NCBI GenBank assembly: GCA_016218495.1
Contig: JACRDU010000094.1
Coordinates: 42,608 to 106,607 of the forward strand
Source: Elusimicrobiota bacterium
Lineage (GTDB): Bacteria > Elusimicrobiota > Elusimicrobia > UBA1565
Reading direction: 5' to 3'
DNA: 64,000 bases
Shown: positions 1 through 8,728 of the stretch, in pieces
How positions within the stretch are numbered: the first letter of the stretch is position 1
How the letters are laid out: every line of letters starts with the position of its first letter
Program-made: the position numbers and the translations under genes
Notes under the pieces: model-generated
Database searches by the model: none
Seen by the model: the letters and a program-made list of their open reading frames with translations, nothing else
Told to the model about the DNA's origin: nothing

Positions 1-979
1 TCATCGCCGTGAAGCCGGAGCGCCCCACATAGAGCCCGCGCAGGGCCTCCCGGGCGGCGGCCATCGCCAGGACCGTGGCGAGCAGCCCGCCGGCCGCCGG
101 CCAGGCCAGGCGCTGCGGCCCCCCGGGGGAGCGGCGGGCCTCATAGAGGAAGAAGAGCAGGGAGGCCCCCAGCACGGCGGCCAGCATGAAAACGGGGTGG
201 GCGTAGAAGCGGAACTCGGGCGGCAGGGACAGGAGCCACCCCAGGCCGGCCAGCGTCTGGACCCCCGTCGTCCAGAAGGCCAGCCCCCCGCCCAGACGGC
301 CCACCCAGGACAGGTGCTCCTTGTCCAGGTCCGGACGGACCTCGAAGTAGCGCGCGTAGAGCATCAGGTAGACGCCCGTCGCCGCGAAGGCCGGGACGAT
401 GAAGTGCAGGAAGCGCGGCAGGGAGAAGTCGTGCAGCACCAGCCCGGAGGTCACCGCGGCGCCGGCCTGCGTGTACCAGCCCAGCCACTTCTCCGGCTGG
501 AGCATCTGGAAGTTGAGCGCGTGCATCGTGAACCCGGCCGTCAGGAACATCGCCAGGGAGAACACGCCCGCGGCCAGGCCGAGCCGGTCCGCCTCGGAGC
601 GCATCGTGAACACATAGGTCGAGCCGTAGCCCGCCATCATCACGAAGACGAAGGCGATGACCCAAGCCGCCGACAGCGTGTTCGATGCGTACCAGAAGGG
701 GTCGTAGATGACCTGCACGAAGAGCAGCGGGGCCACGCCTAGCAGGATGGCCGTGGACACGCAGGCCGCCGCCGACTTCCCCATGCCGCGCGACAGCGCC
801 GTCCAGCGCTCCCCGCCCTTGAGGCGCCCGAACACGGCCAAGGCCGTCGTGCCCACGCTCAGGTTGACGAAGAGGATGTGCAGGGCGAAGGTCAGGACCA
901 TCAGGGCCTGGAACACGGCCGGGTAGAACGGGACCCCCATCGGGTCCTGGAGCAAGGAGAGCATCGTGCCGGTCTGCAT
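1..979 (-). CDS. Polytopic membrane protein, probable partner subunit of the upstream bd-like oxidase (CydB-like?). The 3' end lies beyond the window.
   Basis: ATG at 979..977 is preceded by GAGGAA and lies 11 nt downstream of the stop of the 990..2309 gene. Hand translation gives MQTGTMLSLLQDPMGVPFYPAVFQALMVLTFALHILFVNLSVGTTALAVFGRLKGGERW...LLFVQVIYDPFWYASNTLSAAW, which is hydrophobic with TM-like segments. The frame runs off position 1 without a stop, so it is absent from the ORF track. Confidence 0.4.
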   Translation of the reverse strand, partial: MQTGTMLSLLQDPMGVPFYPAVFQALMVLTFALHILFVNLSVGTTALAVFGRLKGGERWTALSRGMGKSAAACVSTAILLGVAPLLFVQVIYDPFWYASNTLSAAWVIAFVFVMMAGYGSTYVFTMRSEADRLGLAAGVFSLAMFLTAGFTMHALNFQMLQPEKWLGWYTQAGAAVTSGLVLHDFSLPRFLHFIVPAFAATGVYLMLYARYFEVRPDLDKEHLSWVGRLGGGLAFWTTGVQTLAGLGWLLSLPPEFRFYAHPVFMLAAVLGASLLFFLYEARRSPGGPQRLAWPAAGGLLATVLAMAAAREALRGLYVGRSGFTAM

Positions 980-989
980 GGGTTCCTCG

Positions 990-2309
990 TTACCGTCCGT
1001 TGCGCGCCAACGCGACCAGGTAGGCGGCCAGCGCCTCCTTCTCGGCCTGGTTCCCCACGAAGGGCGGCATGTAGGGATAGCCTTCCAGCGCGTCGAGGAA
1101 GCCCGTCATCGCCGCGGGGTCGTCCATCCCCAGGCCCCGGACCAGCCTCGGCAGGGGCCGCAGGCCGCGCTCCTGCAGGGTGTGGCAGGCGCTGCATTCC
1201 AAGAGCGCCAGCATCCGCCCCGCCTCGGCGCGGTTCGAGTCGCCGAGCGTGCGCAGGCCCTCGGGGACGAAGGGCGCGGCGGCCAGGATGCCGGTCCGCG
1301 CGAAGCGCCCCGCGTCGGAGCCCACGCCCTTGGCGGGCAGGTCGGCGCCGATGATCTGGTTCGAGTACATCATCCCCGGCATCAGGTAGGGCTTGCGGAT
1401 GAGCTCGCGGGCGCGCTCCAGCGCGAAGACCGAAGCGAACAGGACGACGATGGCCCCCAGCGCGGCGGCGGTGCCGACGCGCAACGGCTTGAACGCCAGC
1501 ACGGCGAAGTACAGCCCGACGGCCAGCGCCGGGTAGAGCATCCAGCGCCCGAGCGCCGGGGTCAACAGGGCGTCGAGCACGTCGTGCAGCGCGGCAGGCA
1601 GGCTGGCGTGGTACCAGGCGAAGCAGGCCGCGCCGAGCAAGGTCCCCGCCAGACCCGTCACGCCGGCGGCCCGCACCACCTCGGCGCGCGCCCTCTCGTC
1701 TTTGAGCCGCGCGGCGACCAGCACGGCGAACGCCGCGGCCAGCGCGAACATCGCCGTCGTGCGCAGCAGCAGCTGCGGCCAGTAGGTCTGGTTGAAGAAG
1801 CCGTCGAAGAACCCGCCGGTGGCCAGCCAGCGGCCGGGCGTCAGCATGAAGGTCAGGATGCCGACGATGACGACCATGGTCGTCCAGGAGGCGGCGGCGA
1901 ACACCCAGCCGACGGTCAGATGCGTCCTGCGGTCGACCTTGTCGAAGCTGTAGGTGTAGAGGAAGATGCCGGCCACCTCGATGAGGAAGAACACCCACTC
2001 GGTGGCCCAGCCCCAGACATAATTATGGATGAGGCCCGAGATGCCGCGCGGAGCGGCGACGGTGGCCGAGAACCAGATGCCGACGCCCGACAGCGAGCCG
2101 AAGACATAGGAGAAGACCAGGAGGAACTTGGAGTACTTCTTGACGAACTCGAGCAGCTCCGGGCGCTCCTCGCGGTAGGCCTTGCCCTCCAGGTAGACGC
2201 TCAGCCACATCGCGCTGGTGGCCAGATGCGACGGGAGCATATGGAAGGTGGCGATGAGGGCGAGCACGCCTCCCGCGGTAAGATAGGGTACTTCCCAGAC
2301 TGGGTACAT
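990..2309 (-). CDS. Cytochrome bd-type quinol oxidase subunit I-like membrane protein with a fused C-terminal monohaem cytochrome c domain.
   Basis: 439 aa and multi-TM. The N-terminal region resembles the CydA core (…NYVWGWATEWVFFLIEVAGIFLYTYSF compared with CydA …EGLMAFFLESTFVGLFFFGW). The C-terminal ~100 aa carry CSACH (CxxCH) and a downstream YMPPF Met-ligand context typical of class I cytochrome c. Confidence 0.5.
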   Translation of the reverse strand: MYPVWEVPYLTAGGVLALIATFHMLPSHLATSAMWLSVYLEGKAYREERPELLEFVKKYSKFLLVFSYVFGSLSGVGIWFSATVAAPRGISGLIHNYVWGWATEWVFFLIEVAGIFLYTYSFDKVDRRTHLTVGWVFAAASWTTMVVIVGILTFMLTPGRWLATGGFFDGFFNQTYWPQLLLRTTAMFALAAAFAVLVAARLKDERARAEVVRAAGVTGLAGTLLGAACFAWYHASLPAALHDVLDALLTPALGRWMLYPALAVGLYFAVLAFKPLRVGTAAALGAIVVLFASVFALERARELIRKPYLMPGMMYSNQIIGADLPAKGVGSDAGRFARTGILAAAPFVPEGLRTLGDSNRAEAGRMLALLECSACHTLQERGLRPLPRLVRGLGMDDPAAMTGFLDALEGYPYMPPFVGNQAEKEALAAYLVALARNGR

Positions 2310-2374
2310 GCGGCCTCCGCTATTAAGGAGCGGGAACGCAACAGACCTGCCCTGGGCGTTTGCTTTAATGCCGC

Positions 2375-4108
2375 GTGCCCTCCTCCCGCGTCATCGACGC
2401 CGCCTGCCTGGCCTTCGCGGGATGGACGATGCTCGTGCATGCGGTGGGGGCCCTGGGCGGCGGCTCTTGGACCTTGGTCTGGGCCGCCGCCCTGGCCGGC
2501 GCGGGCGCGCTGGCTCGGGCGCTCCGGCGGGGAGTACCCGCCCCCGACGCGCCGGACGGCTCCGAAAGGGCCCTCTGGGCGCTGGTTGTCCTCGCCGTAG
2601 CGGTGACCATGCTGGCGCACCGCCCGGACGGCGACGATGCCGTCTACCTCAGCATCGCCTCGGGCGTGGCCGACTTCCCGGCAAGGCCCCTGCTGCGTTT
2701 CGACGCCACCTACGGCCTGCCGGGGCTGCCCATCCTGTTCGCCCCGTACCGCATCCACTCCGTCGAGGCGCTCTACGGGGCCATCTCGCTGCTCTCGGGG
2801 ATGTCCGCCATCGCCGCCGCCCACCTGGTCTGCGCGCCGCTATGGGCCTCCCTGGTCCCGCTGGCCTACGCCAGGCTGCTGGCGGGATTCGGAGGCCGCC
2901 GGACGCTCGGCGTGGCGACGGCGATGGCATTCCTCCTCATGGACGGCAACGGCCACGGCGGCTGGGGGAACACCTCGTTCGTGCGCCTCTTCCAGGGGAA
3001 GGCCCTGTTCCTGTCGGTCTTCGCCCCGCTCATCCTAGCCTACGCGCGCGCCTTCTCCGTCAATCCGACGCGGCGAAACTGGGTCCTCCTCGCCGCGGCC
3101 CTGCTCGCCTCGGTCGGGGCGTCTTCCACGGCCGTCTGGGTCGGGCCCCTCCTGGCCGGGGCCGCCCTGGCCGCCTCATGGAGGCCGGAGCGCGCGGCCA
3201 CCCGGACCGCCCTGCTGGGCCTGAGCGCCGCCGCCTACCCCGCCCTGGCCGGCCTCCTGCTGCGCGCCATGATTGGCGGCGCGATCGCCTCGCCCGCCCT
3301 CCCGCCGGGCCGGGAATCGGCGCTCCTCCAGGAGACCCTCCGCTATGTCCTCGGGGGCGCCCCGCATGCCGCCGCCTGCCTGGCCCTCAGCGCCGGCGCC
3401 GCCTTCCTCCAAAGGGAGCAGGGCGCAAGGCGCCTGGGCGCGGTGCTCGCAATCCTCCTGCTGGCCCTGTTCAACCCCTGGACCGCCCCAGCCGCGGCGC
3501 TCCACCTGACGGCCCCGAGCGCGTTCTTCCGCGTCTTCTGGCTCATCCCCTTCCCCCTCGCCGCCGGGCTGGCCGCCATGCGCGCCTGCGACCGCGCGGA
3601 ACGCCCCGGTGCCCGCGCCCTTTGCGCCGCCCTGCTGGCCGCGGCGCTCCTGAGCGGCCGCTCGACCCTGTCCGCCGCCGATTTCACGGTCCTCAAGGCG
3701 CCGGGCCTCAAGGTCCCTCAGGAATATCCCTTGGTCCTGGCGCTCAACGCCGCGGTGCCGCCGGGGTCCCTCGTGCTCGCCCCGGCCGAGGTTTCGCTGT
3801 GGATGGTCACGCAGAACCATCACCCCTATCCCCTGCTCGTGAAGTACACGTCCTACGATTCCATCAACCGCCGCCTCCCTCCCGAAGAGCTGCAGAGGAG
3901 GCGACGGCTGATGGCTCATGTGGGAGGGCCCGCCCCCGCGCCGACGACGCCCGCGGACCTAGCGCGGGGTCTGGAAGAGCTCTCCCTCTCCGGGGTCTGC
4001 CTCGACCTGCGATTGCCCTGGAACGAGGAGACGCGCCCCGTCCTGCGCAGGGCGGGGTTCCGGCCCGGCCCCCTCGTGCCGGGCTATGAAATCTGGGCTC
4101 GGCCCTGA
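2375..4108 (+). CDS. Hypothetical polytopic integral membrane protein (>=12 predicted TM; possibly GT-C/glycosyltransferase-like).
   Basis: 577-aa ORF, strongly hydrophobic with repeated Ala/Leu-rich helices. It is chosen over the Arg-rich shadow ORF 2308..4089 in another frame. Confidence 0.5.
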   Translation: MPSSRVIDAACLAFAGWTMLVHAVGALGGGSWTLVWAAALAGAGALARALRRGVPAPDAPDGSERALWALVVLAVAVTMLAHRPDGDDAVYLSIASGVADFPARPLLRFDATYGLPGLPILFAPYRIHSVEALYGAISLLSGMSAIAAAHLVCAPLWASLVPLAYARLLAGFGGRRTLGVATAMAFLLMDGNGHGGWGNTSFVRLFQGKALFLSVFAPLILAYARAFSVNPTRRNWVLLAAALLASVGASSTAVWVGPLLAGAALAASWRPERAATRTALLGLSAAAYPALAGLLLRAMIGGAIASPALPPGRESALLQETLRYVLGGAPHAAACLALSAGAAFLQREQGARRLGAVLAILLLALFNPWTAPAAALHLTAPSAFFRVFWLIPFPLAAGLAAMRACDRAERPGARALCAALLAAALLSGRSTLSAADFTVLKAPGLKVPQEYPLVLALNAAVPPGSLVLAPAEVSLWMVTQNHHPYPLLVKYTSYDSINRRLPPEELQRRRRLMAHVGGPAPAPTTPADLARGLEELSLSGVCLDLRLPWNEETRPVLRRAGFRPGPLVPGYEIWARP

Positions 4109-4173
4109 AGGCCCAAGGCGGCCTGGGCCCTAGGCCCCTCGAAGAAGACCCGCATCCCGCGCACCCTGAGCTC

Positions 4174-4659
4174 ATGAGAGCCCTGCTCGCCTCGGTCCTG
4201 CTGGCGGCCACGGCATCGGCCGCCGTCCAGCCCATGCCCTTGCGCCACGACCCCAAGTGCGTGCTCGAGGCGGTGGCCTTCGCGATGAACGTGCGCATCG
4301 ACCCGGCCCGGCCGCTGCCCTCCATCCAGCTCGAGACCAAGACGCCCCTGGCGGAGTTCCAGCGCGCGGCCAAGGAGCAGTGGGGCACGGAGCCCGACGT
4401 GTTCACGAACCTCTATTGGGCCGCCGAGGAGAAGATCTTCCTCATCGAGGACGTCGGCTACTACACCCGCCTCCGGCGCGACATCGCCGACTCCCTGGCC
4501 CACGAATACGCGCACTACGTCCAGGTGCACTACAAGGGCTACAAGCCGCAGGACCTGGGCTGGGGTGAGGACGAGGCCATCCACATCCAGACCTGGTTCC
4601 GCGACAACTACATCCGGGGCACGGCCCCCGCCGGCGCCCCCGCCTGCGCGCCGCGCTGA
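4174..4659 (+). CDS. Small secreted protein with an HExxH zincin-like motif (putative mini metallopeptidase).
   Basis: Signal peptide MRALLASVLLAATASAAVQP; motif SLAHEYAHYVQVH (HExxH plus a third His 5 residues after the second His). The mature protein is ~140 aa. Confidence 0.5.
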   Translation: MRALLASVLLAATASAAVQPMPLRHDPKCVLEAVAFAMNVRIDPARPLPSIQLETKTPLAEFQRAAKEQWGTEPDVFTNLYWAAEEKIFLIEDVGYYTRLRRDIADSLAHEYAHYVQVHYKGYKPQDLGWGEDEAIHIQTWFRDNYIRGTAPAGAPACAPR

Positions 4660-4668
4660 AGCTTCCGG

Positions 4669-5340
4669 TCAATCCTGCTTGAAGTCGTGGTCCCAGCCGC
4701 CGGCCAGCTCTATGGTCATCGAGGTGCGCCCGGCCCGCCCGCCCCAGTAGCGCTCTTCCTTCCAGGACCCGTTCTCCTGCCAGCGGATCTTGCCCGAGTC
4801 CTTGCGCGCCTCGTAGCTGATGACGACTTCGTTGGAGCCTGACACCGGCGCTCCCCAGTTGCCCTTGTCCTGGTCCCAGTACTTCCCGGTGAAGCCCAGC
4901 ACGTCGCGCCCCGTGGCTTCGTCGCGGGTCAGGCTGACGGTGCCCTCCACGTAGCCGGTGGCGATCCACAGCCTGAGGGCGTAGGGGTCGTTCTGGTCGA
5001 CGCGGTAGGTGCCGTTGCCCTGCCGGCCTGGCCCGTCCACCGTCCCGGTCTTGCCCGCCGAGCCCAGGGCCATGAAGCCGGTCTGCAGGGGGCCGTTGGC
5101 GGACTTGGCGCCTGTTTCGGAAGGGGCGGAGGGGCACTGCGAGCCGAAGAGGCCGCAGGCCGGGACGCGGAAAGCCTGCTCGTCGTCGGGCATCGGCACC
5201 GCCACGGGCGCCTTGTCCATGACGGGGAACCCGCCTTGCCGCAGCGCGGCGCGCGCCGCGCCCATCAGGTCGCGCTGCACGGGAGCCGGCGCCGCGGCCG
5301 CTAAGGCCGGGATGACGGCTAGGGCGGCGTACCACCTCAT
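4669..5340 (-). CDS. Secreted hypothetical protein.
   Basis: The internal start MRWYAALAVIPALAAAAPAPV (signal peptide) is used rather than the Arg-rich upstream extension of ORF 4669..5466. A Cys pair is present (CGLFGSQC). The gene is convergent with the 4174..4659 gene. Confidence 0.45.
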   Translation of the reverse strand: MRWYAALAVIPALAAAAPAPVQRDLMGAARAALRQGGFPVMDKAPVAVPMPDDEQAFRVPACGLFGSQCPSAPSETGAKSANGPLQTGFMALGSAGKTGTVDGPGRQGNGTYRVDQNDPYALRLWIATGYVEGTVSLTRDEATGRDVLGFTGKYWDQDKGNWGAPVSGSNEVVISYEARKDSGKIRWQENGSWKEERYWGGRAGRTSMTIELAGGWDHDFKQD

Positions 5341-5423
5341 CGCCGAGATGATGACCGGGGACCCGGGGAGGCGCCGGGGCCTTTGGGCGGCCCGCCCCCT
5401 GGGTCCTGGGGCCTGGGATGTTT

Positions 5424-6140
5424 CTATTCGCCGACGAAGCGGCCCGTGCGCAGGAAAGCCAGGCATTGCGCGGCCGTATCGGGCGCGTTCATCAGGAAGG
5501 TATGCGTGCGGTGCAGGACGCGGAAGTCCTTCATACCCTCGAGGCGGGTCTCCGACACGGCGACGACCCCGTCGTTGGGCTCGTCGAAGGTCAGCCTCTG
5601 CCCGCGGTCGCCGGCGATGACGCCGAACTCGACTCCGGGGACGGGAAGCAGCGCATAGAAGTCCGGGGCGGCCAGGCGTTGGCCGCTGTCGCCGGTCACC
5701 CAGCGGTAGGGGAGCACGGTCCTGAACTTGACGGCCAGGCGCGCGGGGGAGTTCGGCGGAGCCAGCATGACGATGCGGGCCAGGCCCGGCGCATAGCCGG
5801 CCTTGAAGCCGTTGCGGATGACGACGTTGCCCAGGGAATGTCCGACGAGGTGATAGGCCGCCGTCCCAGCTTGGCCGGCCACCGTCTCGCGCAGACGCGC
5901 CGTAATCTCTTCCAACGACTCGGTCGTCTGGTTGTAGGGGACGTTGACCGTCCGGAACCCCGCCTTGCGCAGGCGGTAGGCCAGGAGCGTCATCGAGGCC
6001 CGCGTACGACCCATGCCGTGCACCAGGAACACGGTCTCTTTCCCGACGGTCCCGCGCGCCCTCACCCCCACGCAGGCCGCGGACAACAGGGCCGTCCCGG
6101 ACAACACGCCCCCCAGGATGCCCCTGCGGATGTTCGACAT
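5424..6140 (-). CDS. Alpha/beta-hydrolase (lipase/esterase-like, PGAP1/LCAT-type) with an N-terminal signal or lipoprotein sequence.
   Basis: GHSLG nucleophile elbow (GxSxG) in ...YHLVGHSLGNVV...; N-terminal hydrophobic segment ...TALLSAACVG. Confidence 0.7.
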   Translation of the reverse strand: MSNIRRGILGGVLSGTALLSAACVGVRARGTVGKETVFLVHGMGRTRASMTLLAYRLRKAGFRTVNVPYNQTTESLEEITARLRETVAGQAGTAAYHLVGHSLGNVVIRNGFKAGYAPGLARIVMLAPPNSPARLAVKFRTVLPYRWVTGDSGQRLAAPDFYALLPVPGVEFGVIAGDRGQRLTFDEPNDGVVAVSETRLEGMKDFRVLHRTHTFLMNAPDTAAQCLAFLRTGRFVGE

Positions 6141-6223
6141 CTGATTAGTCTACCCTCCCCGTCCCGACAAATCCACGGGCCTTGCCTCCATATTTGTGCC
6201 TGCGAATGGGGAGGTGTTATCCT

Positions 6224-6901
6224 ATGGCCATGTACGCTCTTCTTTGCTTCTTGCTGTTTCTCGCTTCTTCGCCAGCGGGCGCGGCCGACAAGCCCGGCGC
6301 CGGCGACTACATCTTCTCCCAGTCCCACGACGTCAGCGTCTGCCGGAGGTTCGATCCGGAAAGGCACTGCATCGAACAGGAACGAAAGGCCTTCGGGTTC
6401 GAGGAGAAAATCCATCTGACGGAGTTCGTCCGGGACGGGAAGACCGGGCGCTGGAGCGCGAAGGTGCGTGCCCTGGGGCAGAGCCATCTCATCCCCATGG
6501 ACGTCCTGCACAGGCATTCCGCCTGCGACAGGCTGATGGACGAGTATCGGGCCGGCCTCGGCCGGGCGCCCAAAGACTGCAGGCAGGATTCGGAGTGTTC
6601 CCTTTTCCCCACCCCCTGGAATTCATGCCTTCCGCCTCGAGCCGCGAGGAACAGCAAGGAGCTCGCTGCCGTCTTGAAGAGGCTGCTCTGCGCAATCCCC
6701 GTGGGCGGCTGCCTGGTATTGCACCCCCCCTGCGCCGCCGTCCCGCCCGGAGAGGCGAAATGCGTCAAGTCGGCCTGCGAGAACATCGATGTCGGCTTCG
6801 GGCGTGGGCGGTTCCTTAATAAAGCCGGCCAACCCGAAGGCGCATTCAGCGATTCGCCGGAGGCTGAGACGAGCTTGCCTCGGGCCTCCCCGGTTCGTTG
6901 A
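6224..6901 (+). CDS. Secreted cysteine-rich hypothetical protein (local GC lower than surroundings).
   Basis: Start MAMYALLCFLLFLASSPAGAA (signal peptide) is preceded by GGGGAGGTG. There are ~16 Cys in a ~200-aa mature protein. Codon usage is visibly less GC-rich (atgtacgctcttctttgcttcttgctgtttctc...). Confidence 0.45.
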   Translation: MAMYALLCFLLFLASSPAGAADKPGAGDYIFSQSHDVSVCRRFDPERHCIEQERKAFGFEEKIHLTEFVRDGKTGRWSAKVRALGQSHLIPMDVLHRHSACDRLMDEYRAGLGRAPKDCRQDSECSLFPTPWNSCLPPRAARNSKELAAVLKRLLCAIPVGGCLVLHPPCAAVPPGEAKCVKSACENIDVGFGRGRFLNKAGQPEGAFSDSPEAETSLPRASPVR

Positions 6902-6905
6902 GGTC

Positions 6906-7472
6906 CTAGCCGCTCTTCCGCTTGGCTTCCCAAGCGACGGCGTCCGCCAGCATTTCGCGGCTGTAAGCCGCTTCCCGGAGCAGGTCCGTCTTCGTGGAGG
7001 AATCCGGGGAGTCCCGCAGGAAGGCCTCGTAGCCGGCGGCGAACTCCGCCGCGACCCTCAATCCGGCCGCGGCGGCGAGGGCGTCCCTCAGGCGTGCATC
7101 GAGCCCACCTGGCAGCTCAGAAACCCGGGGATGGACCTCCAAGAGTCGGGCATAGAGCGCCGCCCGAGCAGGTGTGCCCATCCCCTCCCATCCGTCGCCG
7201 ACGGCAGCGAAGATGCCCGACAAGACCGCTTCGACATCCGCGCCGTAGGACGGGGACCGTGTCCTGAGATAGGCCGCCGCGGGGAACACCAGGAGCACGA
7301 GCACGACGCCGAGGAAGACGACCGACCTCTGGACGACGCCGACCGCAAACGGATCCCCGGCCGCATAGCGGCCGATGAACCCGACGACCGCATATCCCGC
7401 CCCGACCAGGACGATGACCGCTTGGAGCCAGCCCGGCAGCCGCCCGAAAGAGCGGTACGGGTGCCATCTCAT
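6906..7472 (-). CDS. Hypothetical membrane protein (2 TM plus a soluble C-terminal domain).
   Basis: 188-aa ORF with the hydrophobic N-terminal half LQAVIVLVGAGYAVVGFIG...VVFLGVVLVLLVFPAAAYL. It is chosen over Arg-rich shadow ORFs in other frames. Confidence 0.4.
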   Translation of the reverse strand: MRWHPYRSFGRLPGWLQAVIVLVGAGYAVVGFIGRYAAGDPFAVGVVQRSVVFLGVVLVLLVFPAAAYLRTRSPSYGADVEAVLSGIFAAVGDGWEGMGTPARAALYARLLEVHPRVSELPGGLDARLRDALAAAAGLRVAAEFAAGYEAFLRDSPDSSTKTDLLREAAYSREMLADAVAWEAKRKSG

Positions 7473-7501
7473 GCCGAATTGATGTCGGCTCGGCTCACAG
7501 C

Positions 7502-8329
7502 CTACCGCTCCTTCTTGCCCATGGGCTTCTTGTAGTCGTAGCCCTGGTCCATCGCCCGGCGCATGTAGGTCGGGCGGCCGATTTCAGGCCGCCCCTTGGC
7601 CGTGGGGAGCTTCGCCTTGGCACGGCCAGCTTCCAGCGCCTCGGCGACGCGCTGCGCCGCGCCGATGCGCAGCGCGAGGCCCGGGTGGGAGCGGAGGTAG
7701 GCCGTCCCGCGGGCCTTGGCCCCGAGCTTCTTGAGGGCCGAGACCAGGGCCGCCGGCGGCAGCCCGGCTTCCTTCAGCATGCCGGCGGCCAGCTCGTCGG
7801 CCTCCTTCTCCTGCCCCAGGCCGTAGCGCAGGTCGGCGACGAGCTCTTTGAGCCGGGCGATCTGCCCGCTCTTCTCGCCGTGCTGGGACTCCGAGAACTC
7901 GCCCAATTGCTCCTTGGCCATGCGGGCGACGAACACCGTGACGGCGTGGTCCTGGGCCGCATGGGCCATCTCGTGCGCCATAATCGCGGCGGTCTCGTCC
8001 TTGGAGAGGCCCAGGTCCAGCAGCCCCTGGTGCACGATGAGGGTTCCGTAGGGCGTGGCGAGGATGTTCGGCGCAGGGTCCGCGGCCGCGTAGAAGCGCC
8101 AGGAGCGGTTGAGCCCGATTCCGGCTTTCGCGGCCAGCTTCGCGCCCGTCGTCTTGAGCCAGCCGGGGGCCGGCTCTAGGACGCTCTTGCCGCCGCGGGT
8201 GTATTCCTGCATGAAGGCGTTGTGCATGTTGGCCCGCAGGTTCATGCGCTTGCGGTCCTCCCACTCGTCGCTCGCGCGTGAGGGGAGGAGGGCTGCACAC
8301 AGGAGCAGGAAAGCCGCCGTCAGCCTCAT
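7502..8329 (-). CDS. Secreted M48-family Zn metallopeptidase.
   Basis: The start is re-derived at MRLTAAFLLLCAALLPSRA (signal peptide; AGGAG immediately before ATG at 8329..8327). The HExxH motif lies in ...ETAAIMAHEMAHAAQDH... Confidence 0.7.
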   Translation of the reverse strand: MRLTAAFLLLCAALLPSRASDEWEDRKRMNLRANMHNAFMQEYTRGGKSVLEPAPGWLKTTGAKLAAKAGIGLNRSWRFYAAADPAPNILATPYGTLIVHQGLLDLGLSKDETAAIMAHEMAHAAQDHAVTVFVARMAKEQLGEFSESQHGEKSGQIARLKELVADLRYGLGQEKEADELAAGMLKEAGLPPAALVSALKKLGAKARGTAYLRSHPGLALRIGAAQRVAEALEAGRAKAKLPTAKGRPEIGRPTYMRRAMDQGYDYKKPMGKKER

Positions 8330-8414
8330 CTCCTGATGGTATGGGGGAGTTCCCGAACCGTCAAGGGCGGCATAATTATTGATTCTCTGGAGTTGAAACA
8401 GCGGAGGCCCGACC

Positions 8415-8714
8415 ATGACCAAGACCGTCGCAGGAATCCTCCTCACCCTCCCCATGTGGGTCGCGGTCTTCGCCCGGATGGGGGCGCTGGGAGGCACTTT
8501 GCACCCCGAGTCGTGGTTCGTCATCGACTACGCCCTCCTGCCGGCCGGGGCCGTCCTCGCCCTGGTCTCCCTGGCACTGTTCGTCTCCGCCGCCGTCAAG
8601 CAGCCGCGCATGGAGCATCCTTGGCGCCTTGCCTCCTGGGGCCTGTCCGCCCTCGGCCCCTGGGGCATGCTCCTGCTGTTCCAGGTCCTCTGGCAGTTCT
8701 CCAGAAGCCCTTAA
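8415..8714 (+). CDS. Small hypothetical membrane protein (2-3 TM).
   Basis: 99-aa ORF. GGAGG lies 6 nt before the ATG. Hydrophobic segments ILLTLPMWVAVFA and LPAGAVLALVSLALFVSAAV. It ends 15 nt before the HK gene. Confidence 0.4.
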   Translation: MTKTVAGILLTLPMWVAVFARMGALGGTLHPESWFVIDYALLPAGAVLALVSLALFVSAAVKQPRMEHPWRLASWGLSALGPWGMLLLFQVLWQFSRSP

Positions 8715-8728
8715 TGCCATAATCTCCC

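Noticed and set aside
141-2600. Several long ORFs (141..665-, 197..742+, 901..1998-, 966..2600+, 2308..4089+, 2201..2824-) overlapping the oxidase and membrane-protein genes.
   Set aside because: They have Arg/Gly/Pro-rich low-complexity translations with no hydrophobic or catalytic motifs, and they sit in frames alternate to strongly membrane-like ORFs.
4109-4173. GC-rich imperfect palindrome (aggcccaaggcggcctgggccct) after the 2375..4108 gene.
   Set aside because: The stem is imperfect and no U-tract follows, so it is not called as a terminator.
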